Shown here piece after piece: positions 27,001 through 33,527 of a DNA stretch of 33,527 bases (position 1 is its first letter; each line of letters starts with the position of its first letter). The DNA lies in contig CAZTWB010000001.1 in NCBI GenBank assembly GCA_964617035.1, positions 1 to 33,527 of the forward strand, written 5' to 3'. The notes beneath the pieces are model-generated. The model was not told where the DNA came from, did not search any database, and worked only from the letters and a program-made list of their open reading frames with translations. This DNA is from an uncultured Candidatus Saccharibacteria bacterium. GTDB taxonomy: Bacteria > Patescibacteriota > Saccharimonadia > Saccharimonadales > JAGQNJ01. The position numbers were made by a program, and so were the translations under genes.

Positions 27001-27351
27001 ATGAGCGAAAAATATAATGGCAATACTGGCTGGGAACAGAATGAAGAAGGTGATATTGTGGCTCCTAGCACACAGATATCCTCTGATTTTAGTGCCATAT
27101 ATAAGAATAAGGCTGAATTAGAAGTTGAGCATCCAGAATATAATAACGCAGATAACGCAGATGACGCAGATATTCGTCGTCGAGCAAATGCAAAATCAGA
27201 TAGTGGCGAACATTTAGTGTTAACACAGGAAGAAGCTCATGCACTGAATGAGCAAGCCAGAAAAGATAGACTATCAAACGGCGTGGGTGCAAGAAAGTCA
27301 AGGAAACCAAAAGAAATGCCGAGACCTGGTAAAAGTAACTGGGATTGGTAA
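27001..27351 (+). CDS. Hypothetical highly charged protein (acidic N-half, basic C-tail)
   Basis: 116 aa. No family recognised. The next gene starts 3 nt after its stop. Confidence 0.5.
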   Translation: MSEKYNGNTGWEQNEEGDIVAPSTQISSDFSAIYKNKAELEVEHPEYNNADNADDADIRRRANAKSDSGEHLVLTQEEAHALNEQARKDRLSNGVGARKSRKPKEMPRPGKSNWDW

Positions 27352-27354
27352 ATT

Positions 27355-28170
27355 ATGGCAACAATTCCCGGTCAAGGTTCGTTTGAGTTTGAACCAACAC
27401 CACTAAAACATCCAGAACTTGATATTGATTCCACAAAACGGATCGCCACCAGTGGACTAATTAAGTACATTGCAGAGACAAGGCATCTTGATGTGGCTGA
27501 TGTTGACCATAGGTTTATGGAATTTCTAAAGCCAGCTGTTCTGGAGTCGGGGTTGTACGTTCCGGAAGGAATGACGGATCTTGAGATTGATACTGCGCGT
27601 GGACCAGTCATATTTCCTGCAGACGAGTATCGAATTTTAACAAAGAGTCCACTTCATATTGCCAGTACGGCATCCGTTGGAGTGAAGAATGCTAGGCAAA
27701 ATGATCCAAATAAGGAAGACGTAGATAAGGCCGCCAAACGGGCATCAGGACATGCACTAACAAGTCAGTTAAACAGAACCAACAAACTATTAGATCACCT
27801 TAAAGTTAAGGAGTCTTCACTAAGACTAATAGAGAAGGAAATATTCTCAGCTCGAGGCACAGGGTACTACGCTCATTATTCCGTAGGACGCATGACCCCA
27901 TTAATTACAAACGCAGAAGATGCTATATTTGACGCATTGAATGTTGTTGCTACGACTGGCGGCTGGACAAAAAGACAGTATATAGAATCACGAAAGGCAT
28001 TGCAGTATCAGCTGTTTGGTTTGCATAAAGAAAGGTATAGCTATTGGCGAGGATATGCACCGATGGCCAGGAGGTATGCGTATAAGCGAAGGATTGTTGT
28101 GCAGAGTACAAGAGATCAGTTGGGTCGTGAATTGTTAAAGTATCAACCATTTTTGGATAATGACCAATAA
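27355..28170 (+). CDS. Hypothetical protein
   Basis: 271 aa. No family recognised. Its end overlaps the dus start by 11 nt, so the two appear translationally coupled. Confidence 0.55.
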   Translation: MATIPGQGSFEFEPTPLKHPELDIDSTKRIATSGLIKYIAETRHLDVADVDHRFMEFLKPAVLESGLYVPEGMTDLEIDTARGPVIFPADEYRILTKSPLHIASTASVGVKNARQNDPNKEDVDKAAKRASGHALTSQLNRTNKLLDHLKVKESSLRLIEKEIFSARGTGYYAHYSVGRMTPLITNAEDAIFDALNVVATTGGWTKRQYIESRKALQYQLFGLHKERYSYWRGYAPMARRYAYKRRIVVQSTRDQLGRELLKYQPFLDNDQ

Positions 28171-29119
28171 GCTAAACAGACTTCCAAAGCCGTTTTTTGT
28201 GTTGGCGCCAATGGATGATGTAACTGATACTGTATTTCGCCAGGTGGTTGCTGGTTTGGCGCCTCCTGATTTGTTTTTCACAGAGTTTGTAAATGTTGAT
28301 GGTCTTCAGAGTCCTGGTAGAGATAAGTTATTGCCGAAGCTAAGGTTTATAGATAGAGAGCATCCAATTATTGCTCAAATTTGGGGCAAAAACCCAGATA
28401 ATTTCTACAAAACTACAAAAGATATTATAGCTATGGGGTATGATGGAGTCGATATTAATATGGGTTGCCCAGACAGAGCGGTGGTAAAAAATGGTTGCTG
28501 TAGTGCATTGATTGAGGATAGAGAATTAGCAAAGGATATCATACAGGCAGTTCAGGAGGCGGCTGGAGGCCACTTCCCTGTCTCAGTAAAAACACGTGTA
28601 GGTTTTACAACAGTAGATATGAGTTGGATAGAGTACTTATTTAAGTATAAACTTAACATGTTAACTATTCATTTACGAACCACAAAAGAGATGTCTAAGG
28701 TTCCGGCGCATTGGGATCTAATGAGACAGATTACCGATTTACGTGATGTAACCTCCCCCTCTACGCTGTTGGTGGGTAATGGTGATGTTGTATCTAGAGA
28801 GCATGGTGAACGATTGGCTAGTAAGTTTCATCTAGATGGCATTATGATAGGTCGAGGCATTTTTAATGATCCAAAAGTTTTTATGAGAGATTCTGATTGG
28901 AATTCAGTTACAAAAAGTGAGCGAATCGAGCTGTACCGTAAACATGTAGAATTATTCTCAAGAACTTGGACTAATAATGAGCGTCGCGTACCTACCCTAA
29001 ATAAATTCTGCAAGGTATATATTCAGGGTTTTAATGGAGCAAAAGAGTTGCGAGAAAAATTGATGTCTTGCAAAACAACACAAGAATTGCTCGGGATCCT
29101 AAGTACCGAAAGTAAATGA
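28160..29119 (+). CDS. dus: tRNA-dihydrouridine synthase
   Basis: 319 aa with LAPMDDVTDTVFRQV, DGVDINMGCP (catalytic Cys context), VSVKTRVG and HLRT. Confidence 0.85.
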   Translation: MTNKLNRLPKPFFVLAPMDDVTDTVFRQVVAGLAPPDLFFTEFVNVDGLQSPGRDKLLPKLRFIDREHPIIAQIWGKNPDNFYKTTKDIIAMGYDGVDINMGCPDRAVVKNGCCSALIEDRELAKDIIQAVQEAAGGHFPVSVKTRVGFTTVDMSWIEYLFKYKLNMLTIHLRTTKEMSKVPAHWDLMRQITDLRDVTSPSTLLVGNGDVVSREHGERLASKFHLDGIMIGRGIFNDPKVFMRDSDWNSVTKSERIELYRKHVELFSRTWTNNERRVPTLNKFCKVYIQGFNGAKELREKLMSCKTTQELLGILSTESK

Positions 29120-29155
29120 GCAAAAAAACATAAAAGACGGTATAGTTATTGTTGT

Positions 29156-29416
29156 ATGTCCCCCACTTTTTTACAAATAATTGCTCAGGCAGATAACGCC
29201 AGTGTTTCCTCTGGGGTGCTGGTTGTTACGGCTATTGCTATAGGGGTGCCATTGCTACTTCTTGTTTTGTGGCTAAAAATTGATCAGCTACACCACAAGC
29301 GACCTTTGCAGGCAATTGATCCAAATGTAAAATACACCTTCTGGCATCACATAAAAGTAGTCACAATACCAATGTTTTCATACCGTATTACATTCATGGT
29401 TCAAAAACGCAAATAA
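29156..29416 (+). CDS. Small hypothetical membrane protein
   Basis: 86 aa with one clear TM (GVLVVTAIAIGVPLLLLVLWL). GGTATAGT (-10-like, 29139-46) lies 9 nt before the ATG. Confidence 0.4.
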   Translation: MSPTFLQIIAQADNASVSSGVLVVTAIAIGVPLLLLVLWLKIDQLHHKRPLQAIDPNVKYTFWHHIKVVTIPMFSYRITFMVQKRK

Positions 29417-29470
29417 ACCGGATATCTTTCATGTGATATACTTATGTTTATATATTAATGGGGGTAAAAT

Positions 29471-29926
29471 ATGTCGCATACAATAATAAATGAGAATAGC
29501 AGTAGTACAGACAAGCAGCGTCGTCCGTTGCTAGGTAAACGTGCGCTGTTGATTATGCTAATTGTTATCGCAGAGCTTGCACTATTATTCTCGGTGTTTG
29601 GAGTGGGATATAAAATTGGTCAAGATATTGGACGCAAAGACGCTGCCGTTGCACAAGGATTGAGTGGATTTAATAGTTTACTTGGGAATATTTCGAATCC
29701 ATTTCGGTCCACTACTGGCAAGGTGTCTGCGATCTCAGAGAGTAGTGTAACTATCGATCCCACAAACGGTGAAAGCAAAACTGTAAAAATAACAAAAGAT
29801 ACTCAAATATCTCGACGATCTGAACCAGTATCGGTAACAGCGATCAAGAATGGCACTCGAGCTACGATATTTCTTGATGAATCTGCGAGCGAACCTACTG
29901 CTACTCGTATCATTATTAACGAATAA
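29471..29926 (+). CDS. Membrane-anchored hypothetical protein with a small extracytoplasmic beta domain
   Basis: 151 aa with an N-terminal TM (ALLIMLIVIAELALLFSVFGV). The C-terminal part is GKVSAISESSVTIDPTNGESKTVKITKDTQI...IKNGTRATIFLDE. Confidence 0.5.
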   Translation: MSHTIINENSSSTDKQRRPLLGKRALLIMLIVIAELALLFSVFGVGYKIGQDIGRKDAAVAQGLSGFNSLLGNISNPFRSTTGKVSAISESSVTIDPTNGESKTVKITKDTQISRRSEPVSVTAIKNGTRATIFLDESASEPTATRIIINE

Positions 29927-30063
29927 AAAAAACAACATTAATATCAGAATATTTCTGATGAAACTTAAAGCATTTCGGAATTGTTTTATCAAATATATTT
30001 CCTAGGCAAATAAGCTTGAGTGGTTTAAAATGAACGGTATATTAGATAGTGAGAGATAATATT

Positions 30064-33000
30064 TTGAAGATAAAAAAACTAATTAATGGTCTACCAACTC
30101 CATTTTGGATAAGTTTTTATTTGTTTCTTGTTGTTGTCTCTTTGTCGGTTCTAGCATATATGGGAACATTTAGTAATGCCGCTGATGGTCCAATGATTGG
30201 TTCACGTGATCTATCTGAAGAAAGTTGGGCATTGCGACTTAACGCATCAACTGACCCAGAAGGTATTATTGAAAGGGGATTCCAGTATGGAACTGATACG
30301 AATTATGGGCAGACTATTCAGGGTGACACATCTCTTTATACATATTCACAACTAAAGAGTTGGGGGGTTAGATATGGTAATGGGGATAAAGAATTTAATG
30401 CACCAGTTGATGTCGCAGTAGGCCAGTCTGGCAATATTTACATTGCAGATATGCATAATCGTAGAATTCAGAAATTTGATAGCAACGGTAATTTTTTGAC
30501 AAAATGGGGAAGAGCTGGATCTGGTGAAGGAGAGTTTAATCAGCCTCAAGGTATTGCTGTTGACTCGTCTGAGAACGTATATGTTACAGATACGAGTAAT
30601 AATAATATTCAGAAATTTGATAGCAACGGTAATTTTTTGACAAAATGGGGACAATCAGGGTCTGGAGATGGAGAATTTTCAGGGCCACTGGGTATTGCTG
30701 TTGATGTAACCGGTAATATTTACGTTGCAGACAGCTATAATCATCGCATTCAAAAATTTGATTCCTCTGGTAGTTATGTTTCACAGTGGAGCGGAGGATT
30801 AAGTCATCCCAAAGATTTAATACTTAGTCAAACTGGTGATATTTACATCGTTGAGCCTTACAATAATGCGATTCAAAAAATTGACGTAAGTAACGGACAA
30901 ATATTGCAAGTAAAACACATCTACAATCCATTATCCATAGCACTTGATACCGCAGGATTCATATATGTAAGTAGTAACAACAATATTTATAAAATTGATA
31001 GTAATTGGAATGATATTGCTACGTATGGTAATGGTTTTGGTGATGGCGATGGACAGTTTCAGTCAATGCAAGGCATTGCTGTTAGCCCCATTGGCGTCAT
31101 GTATGCCAGCGATTCTATAAATCATCGAGTTCAGAAATTTGATAGCAATGGTGGTTTTGTTTATAATTTGGGTAAGCAGCCCCCAGATGGTGGGTGGCCG
31201 GGATTGCCGAATGCGTTAGCTTTAGGTGGTGATGGGTCAGTATATACGGTAGATCGTGTCAGAGATCAAGTTATTAAAATAAGCTCTGGTGGGGAGTTGA
31301 TGTTTAGGTGGGGTTCAAGTGGTTCTGGTCAAGGTCAGTTTTCTTCGCCATCTGGCATTGCTGTTGATTCCCAAGATAGTGTATACGTTTCAGACAGATA
31401 TAATAAAAGAATTCAAAAATTTGACAGTGGTGGAAATTTTATATCAACATTTTCTGCGACGTATCCAAATGATACTCAAGGCCAGCCTGATATTGAATAT
31501 TATCCAGAGGATATCGCGATAGATTCAGATGGATATATTTATGTAGTGGAGGGAACTCAAATTATTCAGTACAATTCATCAGGAGCTTATATGCGCAGAT
31601 GGGGTAGCTCGGGCAATGGCGATGGGCAGTTTTCTAATAATGGGGGATCAAAGCCGCTTAAGCTTGCAACTATAGATTCATCTACGGGCGTATACGTTGT
31701 AGACAGCGGCAATTATCGAGTTCAGAAATTTGATAGTGCCGGCAATTATCTTCTGCAATTTGGTAGTCAAGGATCAAATCCTGGTCAGTTTTGGAATTAT
31801 CCCACGGATATATTTGTTCATAATAACGAAGTCTATGTGTCAAGTGCTGCGAGCTTATTTAAGTATGATACGGTAGGTAATCACATTTCTACAATTAATA
31901 GAAGTGACGGAGGATATACGCCTTCAAATTTTGTGATTGGACAGAGTGGCATTGAATACATGACAGATGAAGGCTCTCTAGGTGTCTCTTTGCTTGGTAG
32001 CTCAATGAGTACATGGGTAAACTATAATCAACTAGAATGTGGGGTAGAGTATCATTTTAGGGCATACGCAATAAATCAATATGGCACTAGCTACGGAGAA
32101 GACCAGACCTATACAAATAATGATTATGGAGTATGTTCGCCACCATCAAACGTAATTGGCGAATCTGGAACCAAATATGTTGATTTGAGCTGGGACTTCA
32201 TGTACGGAGTTAATGGTTATGAAGTAGAATATAAAGAGAGTAGCAGTAGCGAATGGGTAGTTCATCAATATTCGGGTAGTGCTAGTGATATATCTCGCCG
32301 GATAGGAGGTTTGTCGCCCAATGTTTCGTATGATTTTAGGGTTAGGGCAATTTCCGACAACCAGACAGCAGGACCATATTCTGATGTGATAACAATTACA
32401 ACTCTTCAGATTCAAACGTATCATATTTCATCTTGCGCAGAGTTACAGGGTATTTTTATCAATCCGTACACCTTTGAACTGGGTGATCTATCAGGGGATT
32501 ATATTTTAGATAACGATATCGATTGTACCGAATCAGCTACATGGACTTGGGAGGATGTATTGCCAGAAGAATTTATCAGTGACAGTCCAATAGGTTTTTT
32601 CCCAATAATGAGCATGGATGGCGAGTTCTTTACAGGCAACTTAGATGGTCAAGGATATACGGTAAGAAACTTGCATCAAAATGCTAACAATTTACCAGTT
32701 GTGGGTGTATTTGGTGGAATTCAAAATGCCAATATAAAGGACGTTATTTTTGAAAATAACAATATGGTAGGTTCGTCTTCTTCTCGGGACGGATCTTCAA
32801 CTGCTTCTGGATTAATTGGTCTTGCGCAATCAAGTCAGTTAACGAACATTAAACTAGAAAATGTTAATATTCAAGGTTTGGCCGAGGGTGTTTCGGGTGG
32901 AATGATTGGACAAGCCGTAGATACTAGGATGGAAAAGCTGTCAGTCACGGGGAATGTTGCACTGGAAACTCCCGCTTCAGAAGTGATGCTTAGCTATCCT

Positions 33001-33527
33001 CGTGGCATCGCCACCGACTCTTCCGGCAATGTCTACGTAGTTGATACTGGCAATAACCGCATCCAAAAGTTAGATAGTAACGGCACCTTCCAAGCCAAGT
33101 GGGGCAGTAATGGCGATAGAGATGGTGAGTTTAACTATCCTACTAGCATCGCCACCGACCCTTCCGGCAATGTCTATGTAGCCGATGCTGACAATAACCG
33201 CATCCAAAAGTTCGATAGTAACGGCACCTTCCAAGCCAAGTGGGGTAGTTATGGCGGTGGCGATGGTGAGTTTAGTTATCCTGCCGGAGTCACCACCGAC
33301 TCTTCCGGCAATGTCTATGTAACTGATGTTAACAATAACCGCATCCAAAAGTTCGATAGTAACGGCACCTTCCAAGCCAAGTGGGGTAGTTATGGCGGTG
33401 GCGATGGTGAGTTTAGTTATCCTGCCGGAGTCACCACCGACTCTTCCGGCAATGTCTATGTAACTGATGTTAACAATAACCGCATCCAAAAGTTCGATAG
33501 TAACGGCACCTTCCAAGCCAAGTGGGG
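30064..33527 (+). CDS. Giant secreted NHL-repeat / FN3 / GLUG-like surface protein, 3' partial (runs off the window)
   Basis: Not in the supplied track. I translated frame 1 codon by codon from 30061 to 33527 and found no stop; the last upstream stop is TAG 30043-45. Candidate starts are TTG 30064 (GAGAG 8 nt upstream), GTG 30049 or ATG 30151. Signal peptide: KIKKLINGLPTPFWISFYLFLVVVSLSVLAYMGTFSNA/AD. More than 12 NHL repeats (e.g. FNQPQGIAVDSSENVYVTDTSNNNIQKFDSNGNFLTKWG). FN3 at about 32140-32403 (LSWDF..GYEVEYK..LSPNVSYDFRVRA). A GLUG-like region lies at about 32640-32950, followed by a second NHL block. Confidence 0.85.
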   Translation, partial: MKIKKLINGLPTPFWISFYLFLVVVSLSVLAYMGTFSNAADGPMIGSRDLSEESWALRLNASTDPEGIIERGFQYGTDTNYGQTIQGDTSLYTYSQLKSWGVRYGNGDKEFNAPVDVAVGQSGNIYIADMHNRRIQKFDSNGNFLTKWGRAGSGEGEFNQPQGIAVDSSENVYVTDTSNNNIQKFDSNGNFLTKWGQSGSGDGEFSGPLGIAVDVTGNIYVADSYNHRIQKFDSSGSYVSQWSGGLSHPKDLILSQTGDIYIVEPYNNAIQKIDVSNGQILQVKHIYNPLSIALDTAGFIYVSSNNNIYKIDSNWNDIATYGNGFGDGDGQFQSMQGIAVSPIGVMYASDSINHRVQKFDSNGGFVYNLGKQPPDGGWPGLPNALALGGDGSVYTVDRVRDQVIKISSGGELMFRWGSSGSGQGQFSSPSGIAVDSQDSVYVSDRYNKRIQKFDSGGNFISTFSATYPNDTQGQPDIEYYPEDIAIDSDGYIYVVEGTQIIQYNSSGAYMRRWGSSGNGDGQFSNNGGSKPLKLATIDSSTGVYVVDSGNYRVQKFDSAGNYLLQFGSQGSNPGQFWNYPTDIFVHNNEVYVSSAASLFKYDTVGNHISTINRSDGGYTPSNFVIGQSGIEYMTDEGSLGVSLLGSSMSTWVNYNQLECGVEYHFRAYAINQYGTSYGEDQTYTNNDYGVCSPPSNVIGESGTKYVDLSWDFMYGVNGYEVEYKESSSSEWVVHQYSGSASDISRRIGGLSPNVSYDFRVRAISDNQTAGPYSDVITITTLQIQTYHISSCAELQGIFINPYTFELGDLSGDYILDNDIDCTESATWTWEDVLPEEFISDSPIGFFPIMSMDGEFFTGNLDGQGYTVRNLHQNANNLPVVGVFGGIQNANIKDVIFENNNMVGSSSSRDGSSTASGLIGLAQSSQLTNIKLENVNIQGLAEGVSGGMIGQAVDTRMEKLSVTGNVALETPASEVMLSYPRGIATDSSGNVYVVDTGNNRIQKLDSNGTFQAKWGSNGDRDGEFNYPTSIATDPSGNVYVADADNNRIQKFDSNGTFQAKWGSYGGGDGEFSYPAGVTTDSSGNVYVTDVNNNRIQKFDSNGTFQAKWGSYGGGDGEFSYPAGVTTDSSGNVYVTDVNNNRIQKFDSNGTFQAKW
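33058..33527 (+). repeat. 141-bp (47-aa) tandem coding repeats (NHL blades); two complete copies are 100% identical
   Basis: Units start at 33058, 33199, 33340 and 33481 (each begins cgcatccaaaag). Units 33199-33339 and 33340-33480 are identical at every base, and the last unit is cut by the window end. Confidence 0.9.

Noticed and set aside
29948-29966. Hairpin ATCAGAA-TAT-TTCTGAT after gene 29471-29926 as a terminator
   Set aside because: The stem is AT-rich and only 7 bp. No U-tract follows it on the + strand, and the A-run precedes it. The support is too weak to annotate.
33070-33516. 148-aa minus-strand ORF with internally repeated sequence, plus minus-strand ORFs 30352-30654, 30584-30784 and 32146-32424
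   Set aside because: They are antisense to an uninterrupted 3.46-kb + strand ORF with clear NHL and FN3 motifs. Their repetitiveness only mirrors the sense-strand tandem repeats.
30064-33527. Diversity-generating retroelement targeting the repeat or lectin-type surface proteins
   Set aside because: I saw no reverse transcriptase gene and no template/variable repeat pair with adenine-specific mismatches in the window. The repeat copies are either identical or differ at non-A positions.

Overview
This is an AT-rich, densely coded bacterial chromosomal fragment using the standard code: TAA, TAG and TGA all end recognisable genes at the expected length. The gene content is small housekeeping genes, an archaeal-type AspRS, many orphan membrane or secreted proteins and giant repeat surface proteins. 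By inference only, this fits a reduced-genome Patescibacteria/CPR organism such as Saccharibacteria.

Layout:
- 1-4.6 kb: 3' end of a bulb-type lectin gene, then a cell-envelope glycan cluster (GT4 glycosyltransferase, polyprenyl glycosylphosphotransferase, GtrA, a LexA-N-domain-only regulator, UppP).
- 4.6-8.3 kb: a divergent acyltransferase-like gene, then a candidate compact cobalamin riboswitch in front of an orphan three-gene operon (Cys-cluster protein, polytopic membrane protein, NadD).
- 8.3-16 kb: ion transport and housekeeping genes (CPA2 antiporter, MgtE, CHAP hydrolase, DsbA-like protein, CNNM/CBS protein, AspRS, peptidase S51).
- 16-22 kb: secreted and surface proteins, including a roughly 950-codon parallel beta-helix protein split by one in-frame TAG.
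- 22-29.9 kb: housekeeping genes (HAD, MscS, TsaC, MazG-like, Mur ligase, Dus) mixed with orphan small proteins.
- 30.06 kb to the window end: an NHL-repeat/FN3 surface protein ORF of more than 1150 codons, missing from the supplied ORF track because it runs off the window.

I recognised no rRNA, tRNA, CRISPR array, transposase or integrase. All product calls rest on motif recognition by eye; no database search was possible.
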